A model generated the notes under the pieces. That model made no database searches, was not told the DNA's origin, and saw nothing but the letters and a program-made list of their open reading frames with translations. From a virus (taxonomy: Duplodnaviria; Caudoviricetes), in IMG/VR virus record IMGVR_UViG_3300046779_000326, positions 1-35,222 of that record: 35,222 bases of DNA. One strand, 5' to 3'. Positions 23,255 to 32,011 of this stretch are shown here, one piece after another. How positions within the stretch are numbered: position 1 is the first letter of the stretch; every line of letters starts with the position of its first letter. The position numbers and the translations under genes are program-made.

Positions 23255-23705
23255 TTACTGCCTCTCTTACTTGATTGTAGGCCGCGATACAGGCGTTGAG
23301 TTCGTTGATTGCCCTGTCGCCTTCTGCTGCGAGTTGAGCAATAAGTCTGAGAGTCTCTCGCTCAGATTCGCTTGTTTCGGCTTGATTTCCGCTGGCAGTG
23401 GTGGCACTTGAACTGGTTTGTACGCAACTTGAGTTGATGCGCACCCTACCAGAGTTGATAGCACGATCAAGAGCAGACTGTTTTTGAGTAATTGCATCGT
23501 TAGCGTCTTTCAGTTGTGAAGATGTTTGATTCAAGTCTTCTGAGAGTTTTTGCTCTTTCTCACGAGCTTCGCCATTCAGTTTGGCTATCTCTAGCTGCAT
23601 CTCTTGGTCTCTTTTCACATAGCCTACATGGTGGGCGTAAAAATATACAAGACAAGCGGCAGTGATAGCTCCAAGAATCATCCAAGGATTCGGTAGGCGC
23701 ATCAT
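23241..23705 (-). CDS. Rz: Rz-like inner-membrane spanin
   Basis: N-terminal TM, coiled coil, C-terminal GDRAINELNACIAAY; contains an embedded lipoprotein gene. Confidence 0.8.
   Translation of the reverse strand: MMRLPNPWMILGAITAACLVYFYAHHVGYVKRDQEMQLEIAKLNGEAREKEQKLSEDLNQTSSQLKDANDAITQKQSALDRAINSGRVRINSSCVQTSSSATTASGNQAETSESERETLRLIAQLAAEGDRAINELNACIAAYNQVREAVNGQR
23267..23497 (-). CDS. Rz1: Rz1-like outer-membrane lipoprotein spanin, embedded in Rz
   Basis: Signal II MQLLKNSLLLIVLSTLVG|C followed by Pro-rich VPPLPAEI; entirely inside Rz in another frame. Confidence 0.75.
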   Translation of the reverse strand: MQLLKNSLLLIVLSTLVGCASTQVAYKPVQVPPLPAEIKPKQANLSERLSDLLLNSQQKATGQSTNSTPVSRPTIK

Positions 23706-24214
23706 CGTTCCCCTGCTCTAGCCAAGGCAAGTTCTTCTCGTTCATGCTCAGGCTCTAAGTGATTTGGTGGAGTTGTTGGCGGTGGTGGTGCTCTCCATTC
23801 TTCATCAAACTGAACAGGCGTTGTGCCCATCCAATTGAAATCAGGAATTGTCCCATTTGCCGTAGTCGCTTGGGTATTGCTAGGCGCTACGGCTTGTGGC
23901 TGTGGGGGTGGATTACCAATAGTAGGAGCCATCTTTTCAGCAGCAGATTGAATCCCTTTGTTGACAGCAAACATACTGACAATGGTTGTAACGCTACTAG
24001 CCAAGATCAAAACAATATCGTTAAGCATCTTGGTATATGCCATATCAATAGGAGCCATTGCCTTTAAAGGCTGTTGGACAAATGTTACTGAGTACAACAT
24101 AGTTCCAACGATTCCACCAAGAACCATCATTAGGACAAAGACAACAATGCCCCAAACAATAACTTGAATAAGTTTTACAAGTTCTTCTACGGATTGAATT
24201 TCAAAAGATTTCAT
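23702..24214 (-). CDS. Two-TM membrane protein with Pro-rich C-terminus
   Basis: Two hydrophobic segments flanking QPLKAMAPID; WRAPPPPTTPP tail. Confidence 0.7.
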   Translation of the reverse strand: MKSFEIQSVEELVKLIQVIVWGIVVFVLMMVLGGIVGTMLYSVTFVQQPLKAMAPIDMAYTKMLNDIVLILASSVTTIVSMFAVNKGIQSAAEKMAPTIGNPPPQPQAVAPSNTQATTANGTIPDFNWMGTTPVQFDEEWRAPPPPTTPPNHLEPEHEREELALARAGER

Positions 24215-24420
24215 TTAGTCTCCGAAGATGCAGGTTGAGGTTGTTGTGCTTGTTTTTCCAAAACTGGAGCAACAAGATAATCAGGGCAGTCTTGCGTGAA
24301 TAAACAATCAGGTCTTTGGCATCTTTTTTGTTGAAAATTCTTTGGGTCTTGACAAAAATATCTCCAACGGTCTTCACACCCCGCTATCAGCAACAGGCTT
24401 ATCAGCAACAGCTTTTTCAT
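24211..24420 (-). CDS. Cys-rich lipoprotein
   Basis: MKKLLLISLLLIAG|C lipobox, then four more Cys (YFCQDP..RCQRPDC..DCP). Confidence 0.8.
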   Translation of the reverse strand: MKKLLLISLLLIAGCEDRWRYFCQDPKNFQQKRCQRPDCLFTQDCPDYLVAPVLEKQAQQPQPASSETK

Positions 24421-24700
24421 TCTTTCCTTTCAAATCTTGTTTGAGTTTGCGAATTTGTCTTATCTCATATTGCATCTCAGCTCTTAATTTCATGTAGTCA
24501 ATCACGACCAACATAGAAACTGGCAAAGCCAAAAACAACACAATGGAAAGCGTTACAACACCTACAACGAACCATCTTGTATCCTCACGAGCCATCCTAG
24601 CGATAGCATGAACGCCCACATCCACAGAACTAGAAGAAAGACTAGCGCCGATACCACTGCCCTGTCTACCCTGTGATTGCGTAGAAGTTCGCGTTGCCAT
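24374..24700 (-). CDS. Single-TM membrane protein
   Basis: WFVVGVVTLSIVLFLALPVSMLVVI TM followed by a basic coiled tail; start is 24700 or an internal Met. Confidence 0.6.
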   Translation of the reverse strand: MATRTSTQSQGRQGSGIGASLSSSSVDVGVHAIARMAREDTRWFVVGVVTLSIVLFLALPVSMLVVIDYMKLRAEMQYEIRQIRKLKQDLKGKNEKAVADKPVADSGV

Positions 24701-25323
24701 TTAGCATCTCTTTCGTTCTTTCGTTTGAGTTGCCTAGCAAACTCTTGTTCTTCCAAGATTAAGTCATACATCTCAAGAAATCGACTGTAAATCGCCCTCA
24801 GTTCTTTAGGCGCATAAACCATCGCTTCCCTGATTTGGACAGTCATATTCTCAAGCTGAAGCTCGATTTCTACCCTGTCAATCGCACTGTCTTCAATTGT
24901 CGTTGTCGTCTTAGAAATTTCTTCCAATTCAAGGCAATGCGCTTTTAGATTCCTACGAATCTCAAAAAATGTCTTTAGTTGCTCACATACTTGGTGGATA
25001 GCTTGTGTCTGGTACTCCTCATAACTGAGTTCAACTGCTTTTGAAGGTTTCTGAGTTCTTTTTTGCTCGGCTGGTTTATTTGTGGATTCAACGAGTGCTG
25101 GTACAGGCGTGCTTCTAGCTGGATTCGCGCCTGTGAATAAGCCTTTAAGCCATCCCCAAAGTCCTGTAACTTCTTTATAGATTGCTTTAGCGTCACCAAT
25201 CCCTTTTTCAACAGTAGACTTGAGTTTGCTAATCTCCGCTTTCCCTTCAGACAGCATCTCACAGCCCTTACGGACTGCTGCGACAGCCGCTTGAGCTGCC
25301 ATGAGAAGGGAAATTGGGTCAAT
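24562..25323 (-). CDS. Coiled-coil protein with C-terminal TM; ATT start proposed (alternative ATG 25302)
   Basis: GAGG-5 nt-ATT GAC CCA ATT TCC CTT CTC gives (M)DPISLLMAAQAAV; in-frame TAA six codons upstream. Confidence 0.7.
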   Translation of the reverse strand: MDPISLLMAAQAAVAAVRKGCEMLSEGKAEISKLKSTVEKGIGDAKAIYKEVTGLWGWLKGLFTGANPARSTPVPALVESTNKPAEQKRTQKPSKAVELSYEEYQTQAIHQVCEQLKTFFEIRRNLKAHCLELEEISKTTTTIEDSAIDRVEIELQLENMTVQIREAMVYAPKELRAIYSRFLEMYDLILEEQEFARQLKRKNERDAKWQRELLRNHRVDRAVVSALVFLLVLWMWAFMLSLGWLVRIQDGSL

Positions 25324-25330
25324 AGCAGCC

Positions 25331-25537
25331 TCACAAGCCGATTAGTCGTTTAAAGAATTCAGCAGCAGCGCCAGGGCCAAGCAACACAGCAGCCAAAACA
25401 GCATAAATCAGATATTGCATCTTATCCATGCGTTCAGCTCCTTTATCAAGGCGATCACTGATAGTTTCGTATCTTTGAGCGCATACGGCTTCGTGTGTAT
25501 CCAAACGAGCCGCTGTGACTGAGATGGTATCGCCCAT
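25331..25537 (-). CDS. Holin-like/XhlA-like small membrane protein
   Basis: LDTHEAVCAQRY coil then a hydrophobic C-terminus; heads the lysis cassette. Confidence 0.6.
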   Translation of the reverse strand: MGDTISVTAARLDTHEAVCAQRYETISDRLDKGAERMDKMQYLIYAVLAAVLLGPGAAAEFFKRLIGL

Positions 25538-25827
25538 TAGTTACTCCAAGGCAAGCCAGACGCTTTAACAGGGTTTTGTTGAGCTTCAATATTAGCAGTC
25601 AAAGCAGCCTCTACGACTTCCTCACCTAGCTTGTCTTTTACCCATGCAACCACTTGAGCTTCTGTGAGAGACTCAAAAGGTGTCTCAGGTGTACCAGCTT
25701 CAAAGCTGACAGTGCCGTAAGTAGATGCTGAAAAGTCTCCATCTACTTTAGTAACTGTGTAATGCACAGTAGTCACAAAACCATCAGAAGTGTTGCGTTC
25801 AAGTTGGTTGATTGTCCAAGTAGTCAT
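25537..25827 (-). CDS. Tail-fibre-associated protein
   Basis: TWTINQLER..DGFVTTVHY, LTEAQVVAWVK, GLPW; follows the fibre gene. Confidence 0.65.
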   Translation of the reverse strand: MTTWTINQLERNTSDGFVTTVHYTVTKVDGDFSASTYGTVSFEAGTPETPFESLTEAQVVAWVKDKLGEEVVEAALTANIEAQQNPVKASGLPWSN

Positions 25828-25839
25828 GTTTGTGTTTCC

Positions 25840-27177
25840 TTACAGATTTGCGGCATCCAAACGTGCCTTGAGTGAGTCAATAATAGCTTGTTGTTCTTGG
25901 ATTGCCGCTGTCAAAGTTGCAACCAAGAAGCTGGTGTCAATACCTTGATAAACAGCGTCACCGTTTTCATCCACGGCATCTTTTTCTCCACTTACCGCAT
26001 CTGGAACAACAGCTTGCAATTCGTGAGCAATAAAACCTTGTCCTTGTTGACCATTAACTTTCCATGTATACGTACATGGTTTTAGTTGTGCAACAGTTGC
26101 CAATGCGTTTTGCATGGGCTGTGGGTTTTCTTTCAGTCTATAGTCAGACGATGTGACGTAAGACGTTGCGGTTGTTGTTACATCAATTCGACCAACTTGT
26201 GTGGCGCTACGATAAAAACGTGCCAAAGTGCCATCGCTTGTATAACGATTCAAGTCCAAAGCAGGTGCAGCATCACGAGAAACAGAAAAGTTACCTGAAG
26301 GTGACGAAACAATACCAGCTACATTTGAACCAATGGGGTTGCTATTTGTAGTCCCCAACAGCAAGTTACCGCTGGAGTCGATACGGGCGCGTTCTGTGTT
26401 ATTTGTGCCAAAAGCAATTGGGCCGCTGTAATAGTTAAAAATGCTAGATACGTCTGACGCAGCTTGGTAGATTTGCAAGCCATTTGAATCACCACTAGCA
26501 TTCTTAATGCGTAAAGTACCAGAACCAATATCTACCTTTGTACCTGGACTTGTAGTACCAACACCCAAATTCCCACTAGCATCAAGCGTCATTGCTTGGG
26601 TGAAGGTGATGGCGTTACCTGCTGTGCCTGAGGCTGCATATTTCCAAGTATGTACCCCACCATCTTGCTCATAAAGAGTTGCTGCGGCTGTATTCTTATA
26701 AATCCATGATGCAGAGCTGTTTAAGTAAGCATTACTTGTAATACGGATAGCTCCGCCACTAGATGATGCAACAGCGCCATATGTGCCGATATCAAAAGCC
26801 TTTTGAGTAGACAGCCAAGCACTAGGAGTAACACCCAAGCCTAGGTTGCCTGAGGCGTCTTTAATAAGACCGCCATTACCAACATTGAGCGTATCTGTAC
26901 TAGCATCACCAAGCACAACATTACCGCTTGCAGTTAATGTTGTAAAAGTACCAGCAGCAGGAGTAGTAGCACCAACAGTGCCATTGTGAGCGCCATTAGT
27001 AGGGCCATTAAATGAGTCAGAGTTAGTGCCTTGCTGAAAGTCTTTCAACTGCTTCATCAATGTACGAATGGCGTTGTTAATGCCACTTGGCGCACAGCCT
27101 TCGTCGATGTTAATGCCAGCAATGTCCGTGTTGGAGTTTGCTGTTGCGCTGTAATCGCTGATTTTGTCTTTTGACAT
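25840..27177 (-). CDS. Tail fibre with C-terminal S74 intramolecular chaperone
   Basis: Repeated DASGNLGxG/ERARIDSSGNLL units; cleavage-site motif TSSDYRLKEN, GFIAHELQ and a terminal coil. Confidence 0.88.
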   Translation of the reverse strand: MSKDKISDYSATANSNTDIAGINIDEGCAPSGINNAIRTLMKQLKDFQQGTNSDSFNGPTNGAHNGTVGATTPAAGTFTTLTASGNVVLGDASTDTLNVGNGGLIKDASGNLGLGVTPSAWLSTQKAFDIGTYGAVASSSGGAIRITSNAYLNSSASWIYKNTAAATLYEQDGGVHTWKYAASGTAGNAITFTQAMTLDASGNLGVGTTSPGTKVDIGSGTLRIKNASGDSNGLQIYQAASDVSSIFNYYSGPIAFGTNNTERARIDSSGNLLLGTTNSNPIGSNVAGIVSSPSGNFSVSRDAAPALDLNRYTSDGTLARFYRSATQVGRIDVTTTATSYVTSSDYRLKENPQPMQNALATVAQLKPCTYTWKVNGQQGQGFIAHELQAVVPDAVSGEKDAVDENGDAVYQGIDTSFLVATLTAAIQEQQAIIDSLKARLDAANL

Positions 27178-27197
27178 AGCTTTCCTTGTTTAAATGT

Positions 27198-28988
27198 TTA
27201 AGGCTGATATTTCAGAGATTCTTCAACCATCTTTTTCAGAGCTTTTTGTTGCAATGATTCTTCTGCGTACTTTGTTGCAGAACCAACAACAGGAATCTTT
27301 GACAATGGTGATGCGTTGATACGCTCCAAACCTCTTAACAAAGCACTTGCGGTGTTTGATGTGTTTACAGTACCAGGTACAGGGCTGTAAACGTCAACCA
27401 TCACATCACGCAATTCACGGATTTCCTCAGCGCCTTTTTTGCCAAAGATGTAATCTAACTTTCCGTCAGAATCCAAATCACGTATTGCCTTGTTCATTGC
27501 AGCAGCGGATGGAACTGGGTTTCCATTTGCGTCACGCTGAATATTCTTAGTGGCTTGGTCACGGATGTACTGGATAGTCTGACCTTGCAGCTCTTTCCAC
27601 GCTTGCTGACCTTCTTCACCGCCTTTTTTCAACAATACAGCAATGTTGCGTGTATCGTCAAAACTACCCCTCAAGATTGAGTGTTCAAACACATCTTCAA
27701 AAGCAACGGCTCGATCAGTAGTGCCAGGCTTGTTACGCAACAACTTGTCAACAGCAGCAGCGTTCTCAAACTGTCGTGCATATTGCACACGCTTTTGACG
27801 AGCTTGCTTATAAAGATCACCACCAGCACCTTCTGTTGCTTGGTTAATCAGATTCTTCAACTCACGGGCTTGAACAGCGTTTGGAGTGCCTTCTTGTGAG
27901 TTCTTATTGATGAACTGATAAACATCCTCAAGTGCATCAATAGTGACAGCACCAGTTTTCTGTGGGTCGTTCTTAAATAGTTGATCTTCAACAGCACCAA
28001 GTATAGGAGCCAACTTTTCTTTGACAGTTGGGCCTTGTTCATTGATGTATGTCAGCAAACCATCATACGGAACAAGCGCCTTTGTTTCTCCAGATGCGCG
28101 AGCCTTTTGGTAAGCCGCATTGACTTCACCCATTGCGCTCTTGGCTTCTTTAACCAAAGCAGCGTCAACAATCTTGCCAACAGGTCGCAGATTTCCTGAC
28201 ATTTCAGCACCAGTAGCGGTTGTGTACGCATCAAAGTTGCTAAGAATCTTTTGATTTGTGTCAATTTGACGTTGAATGAGTGGCTTGCCAACAGTTTCAG
28301 GATAAACCTTGCGTGTCTCAGATTCAAAGCCTTGAACACCTGGCAATCGTGTTGCCTCGCCTTTTGTAAGCTCAACAGGCACACGCAAACCTTGAGCGCG
28401 TGTTTGTCGCTGTAAAGCCTTTGCTGCCTCAGCAGCACCCATACCTTGCATGACGGGAGCAGCCTCTTGACCGCCAATCGCGCCAATAACGTCAGCCAAA
28501 GCGACAGGAGCTTTAGCGGCTTGAGTCACAGCCTCTTGAGCTTGAGTTGCAACTCCACTTGGTCGAGCGCCTACAAACTGAGGCATAAAAGGTGGAATTT
28601 TGGCAGTTTCAAATCCTTGACCAATAGCACCAAGCACGTTTTGAGCCATTTGAGTGCGAGGCTGATACTGAATATTACGAGCAACCGCTTGCTGAAATTC
28701 AGGGCCACCAGCACCAGAAAGATACGTTACAGGGCCAGAAACAAGGTTAGCCGCAACCGCAGCAGGTGTTTCTACAATTCCGCGAATAATGTCAGCCATT
28801 GACATTTCAGGCTCGGCTTTAGATGTTGATACCTGGCCAGGAATCTTGCTTGCCATATCAACAGGTTTTTCATTTGCAAAAAGCTCTTTAGCCTTTGCAA
28901 TAATTGTTTCATCGTCTGCACCAACAGGGCCGCGAATCTCTCGCAGCGCACCGCTTGGGTCACGAACTTTGTAGATTTGTGTTTCCAT
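27198..28988 (-). CDS. Putative ejection (DNA transfer) protein, largest
   Basis: 596 aa, helical and Ala/Gln-rich, from ATG 28988 (TAATG); third of three such genes before the fibre. Confidence 0.6.
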   Translation of the reverse strand: METQIYKVRDPSGALREIRGPVGADDETIIAKAKELFANEKPVDMASKIPGQVSTSKAEPEMSMADIIRGIVETPAAVAANLVSGPVTYLSGAGGPEFQQAVARNIQYQPRTQMAQNVLGAIGQGFETAKIPPFMPQFVGARPSGVATQAQEAVTQAAKAPVALADVIGAIGGQEAAPVMQGMGAAEAAKALQRQTRAQGLRVPVELTKGEATRLPGVQGFESETRKVYPETVGKPLIQRQIDTNQKILSNFDAYTTATGAEMSGNLRPVGKIVDAALVKEAKSAMGEVNAAYQKARASGETKALVPYDGLLTYINEQGPTVKEKLAPILGAVEDQLFKNDPQKTGAVTIDALEDVYQFINKNSQEGTPNAVQARELKNLINQATEGAGGDLYKQARQKRVQYARQFENAAAVDKLLRNKPGTTDRAVAFEDVFEHSILRGSFDDTRNIAVLLKKGGEEGQQAWKELQGQTIQYIRDQATKNIQRDANGNPVPSAAAMNKAIRDLDSDGKLDYIFGKKGAEEIRELRDVMVDVYSPVPGTVNTSNTASALLRGLERINASPLSKIPVVGSATKYAEESLQQKALKKMVEESLKYQP

Positions 28989-30244
28989 TAGCGCACCACC
29001 GACCATTGGCCTTCTGTTGGTTCAATAAACTTCGCACCTTTACCAGCCTGAATCTTCATGCCTTTTATTGCCAATTCACGAGCAGCCTGTTTTTGTTTTA
29101 CGATTGTTTCAGAATCGCCAGGAGCAGGGAAATAGTTTTTCTCAGCAGTTGCAAATTCAGTTGGCGAGATAGATGCGCCAGATTCCTTACGCAAAACAGC
29201 GGTGATAAAGTTCACACGAGCTTGAACTGTTTTTTGTTGATCTTCGTTAAGACCACCAAGAATTGTTGGCAATGTGTTAAAAACATTATCAGAGCCACGA
29301 GCAAGAGCATCACCAATTAAAGGTGTTGCACCAAGAGTTCCGCTAACTCCTGCGCGAATCTTGCCAGTATCTTTCAATCCAGCATTTTCAAGAGGCTTGA
29401 GAATTGAATCTGCTTGGTTCATACGCATACCGTAAGTTACAGCAGCACCTTCGGATTCAGTCAATTTACCAGCACCCTTACCCATCAAAGGCTGACCACC
29501 TGCAACAACAGGAGTGTATTGACCAGTTCTAGGGTTAAACGTCATTACGCCGTTTTCTGTTTCAACAGATTGTAAAGATACAGGGCCAGATGGAGCCGCA
29601 CCTTTAGCCATACGACCAACTTCTTTGCCGCTTGCATCAAGAGCAACAATGACATTACCAAGGTCTTGATATGTCAATTTACCTTGTCCAGCAACAGTGT
29701 TAATTCCTGTCAATGGAGAAATCTCAATCAACTTACCGTCAACCTCTTTGTATTCAGGCTTGTACTTGGCATATGTTTCAGGAGAAACCAAAGCCAAACG
29801 CTGTAAAGCCTCACGATTGATTGTCGATGGAGCTTGTTGAGTAGGAATTGCGCCAGTTTGAAAATACTGACCAATTTGCTCTGGAGCACCAGACCAGTTT
29901 TGTTCAACTGCGCCAGGCTGAATCAGGTTAGGCAAGAAACGGCGCACTGCCTCAGCTTCTTGTTGCTTGCGCATCAATTCTTGCACTTGCATACCAGCCA
30001 TCTTCTCTTGAAGACCTTGGTTCAAAGCCTGTTTGTAAGCCTGTTGGCCCATTTGCAGACCTTGAGCAATAGCCAAAGCGCCACCGCCAGGTGTACGGCT
30101 TGGAGCGCCAGCCTGAAGCAGCGCAGTAGCCATGCCTAAGTTAGATTGGCTTTGAGCTTGCTCTTGCAAACGCTTGAGTTCGTCAGCACCAAGCAGTCCA
30201 CCGAGATATGAAGGCGTTTCGCCGTAAAAGTCTAAAAGTGCCAT
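28988..30244 (-). CDS. Putative ejection (DNA transfer) protein
   Basis: Gly/Gln/Ala-rich N-terminus; KLTESEG, FITAVLRKESGASI and YFPAPGD motifs. Confidence 0.6.
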   Translation of the reverse strand: MALLDFYGETPSYLGGLLGADELKRLQEQAQSQSNLGMATALLQAGAPSRTPGGGALAIAQGLQMGQQAYKQALNQGLQEKMAGMQVQELMRKQQEAEAVRRFLPNLIQPGAVEQNWSGAPEQIGQYFQTGAIPTQQAPSTINREALQRLALVSPETYAKYKPEYKEVDGKLIEISPLTGINTVAGQGKLTYQDLGNVIVALDASGKEVGRMAKGAAPSGPVSLQSVETENGVMTFNPRTGQYTPVVAGGQPLMGKGAGKLTESEGAAVTYGMRMNQADSILKPLENAGLKDTGKIRAGVSGTLGATPLIGDALARGSDNVFNTLPTILGGLNEDQQKTVQARVNFITAVLRKESGASISPTEFATAEKNYFPAPGDSETIVKQKQAARELAIKGMKIQAGKGAKFIEPTEGQWSVVR

Positions 30245-30247
30245 GAT

Positions 30248-31156
30248 TTATCCTAACCACCATTGATCTACGCCACTAGGCATTGAGCCATAGTTAGTTG
30301 ATGCTGGACTACCAGATAGCCAATTCCAACCTTGCTGTAAGCCACCAGTTCCACCAGTGCCTAATTTGTCAAGACCACCCAACAGTTGAACACCAAGCAA
30401 ACCTGTACCCAATGCCGTAGCTGTTGGGTTAGTGAAGTAAGGCGTTTGAGTTGTTTGTTGTTGACCTTTTGGAATCAATCCGATGTTTGACAAGTAACTT
30501 TGCAACTGAGTTTGTGGCGCAGCCTGTTCAAACGCAAACTTTTGCTTTGCGGCATCAAGTGCTTGTTGTTGATAGCCTTCGCCAAACTGACCAGCAGCCA
30601 ACATTTGTTGAATGTCAGCATAATCAGCAGCCGCCATTTGAGGCGCTCCAAATGTTGCTTGTTGTTGACGAGCGCGTTCATTTGCATAATTCTCGTATGC
30701 CAACTGTCCAGCCGTACCAGTGAGCTTTTGAGCCAATTGACCAGCGGCAGCATTTTTCAAGTTTTGCATTGCACCAGAGCCATAACGACCAGCCTTTGAT
30801 GCGGCAGATGTTACGTTACCAATTGCTGTGTTAAACGCATCAGTAGCGGCTTGTGCGGCAGGTTGAAAAGCACCTTGAAAGAAAGGATTTCCACCAAGAT
30901 AGTCACCTTGAATAGTGCCATACAGTTGATTTTGAGCAGCGCCTAACAAAGGACTTCCAGCTCCAGCACGAGCTTGCAAAGCCTCAATGCCTGTTTGTGT
31001 GGCTTGAGATGGGCCTACATAAGCCTGACCAGTAAAGTACTGTGGGCCACCAGCTTGATACAAGCGTTGAGCTTCTTCAAGACCGTATTTCAAATACGGC
31101 TGAATTGTTGGGTCAATCTGTGTGGTCTGTGTGGATGTGGTTGTTTCGACTGCCAT
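30248..31156 (-). CDS. Putative ejection/pilot protein
   Basis: TQTTQIDPTIQPYL, GRYGSG, YENYANERARQ; Gln/Ala/Gly-rich; SD AAAGGT. Confidence 0.6.
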   Translation of the reverse strand: MAVETTTSTQTTQIDPTIQPYLKYGLEEAQRLYQAGGPQYFTGQAYVGPSQATQTGIEALQARAGAGSPLLGAAQNQLYGTIQGDYLGGNPFFQGAFQPAAQAATDAFNTAIGNVTSAASKAGRYGSGAMQNLKNAAAGQLAQKLTGTAGQLAYENYANERARQQQATFGAPQMAAADYADIQQMLAAGQFGEGYQQQALDAAKQKFAFEQAAPQTQLQSYLSNIGLIPKGQQQTTQTPYFTNPTATALGTGLLGVQLLGGLDKLGTGGTGGLQQGWNWLSGSPASTNYGSMPSGVDQWWLG

Positions 31157-31178
31157 AAAAGCACCTTTCTTTTCAAAG

Positions 31179-31212
31179 GACTCCGAGGCGGGTCATCCAC
31201 GGAGCCATTATA
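31179..31212 (-). promoter_or_regulatory. TATAAT plus hairpin upstream of the ejection-protein genes
   Basis: TATAAT (31212-31207) directly followed by GGCTCCG...CGGAGTC stem. Confidence 0.4.
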
Positions 31213-31216
31213 TACA

Positions 31217-32011
31217 CTAGCCTACGATTATGTAAGCGTAAGTTTTGTTTGATGTTGCGTTTGCGAAATGCGTTAAGGTCGCAGTGCTTTTTCCTAAAGA
31301 ACTGACGTAAACGCCATAATCACCAGCAGCGTTTGTGCCGTTTGATGATGCAAAGTTAACCGTTACGATTGCCGAAGGCGTTGCAGGGCGCGTTGGGCTT
31401 GTTTGAGCTGGAATCTGCTGAATTGAGACTGTTGTGCTTGTTGTACGCCACATGATTTCAACGTAATCATTAGCTTGCATCTCGACCCAAAAATTCATTG
31501 CAGCAATCAAATGCCCGTCTACACCACCATGCGAGTTAGGAATTGAAAACTGACTGTTTGAGTTAGCAATGTTTGTACCGTTCTTAGAGAACCAAATATC
31601 AACGTCTTGAATTTGTGTATCAGTATTATTAAACTGAAAACTAAATTGAAAGTTATAAATTCCGTAACTTTTGACAGTGATACGGGAATTGCTTGCAACA
31701 GAAATGCCATTAGAAAAGTCTGTTGTGTTAAACGTCACAGCATAGGCAGCAGTCGTAGATGCAGCCGTTTGATCTGTGGAGTCTTGAAACGCACCATAAG
31801 GCGTTGAATCTGTGTAAGCAGCAGCAGAATAAGGTATAACAACTATCTTGCTGTCAGGACTGATTCGCTCGTCATAGATCGTTGTAGATGTGGCATTACC
31901 AGTGGCAAGCGTCACAGTACCGTGATTGTTTGTCTTGCCATTCATAATGCCGTTGACGATTTCCGCAACAGCCCTTTGATCTCCACCAAATACGGGTAGT
32001 GTGCGAAACAT
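31217..32011 (-). CDS. Tail protein with an inserted beta-sandwich (C1q/BclA-C-like) domain
   Basis: N-part GKTNNHGTVTL..TTIYDERI and C-part ATLTHFAN..YAYIIVG flank YGAFQD..VTFNT..GIYNFQFSFQ..NDYVEIMW. Confidence 0.6.
   Translation of the reverse strand: MFRTLPVFGGDQRAVAEIVNGIMNGKTNNHGTVTLATGNATSTTIYDERISPDSKIVVIPYSAAAYTDSTPYGAFQDSTDQTAASTTAAYAVTFNTTDFSNGISVASNSRITVKSYGIYNFQFSFQFNNTDTQIQDVDIWFSKNGTNIANSNSQFSIPNSHGGVDGHLIAAMNFWVEMQANDYVEIMWRTTSTTVSIQQIPAQTSPTRPATPSAIVTVNFASSNGTNAAGDYGVYVSSLGKSTATLTHFANATSNKTYAYIIVG

Noticed and set aside
24975-25334. 119-aa alternate-frame ORF as an independent gene
   Set aside because: Almost wholly nested in the 253-aa gene with no recognisable motif. Kept only as a possible competing start because of its GTGA overlap.
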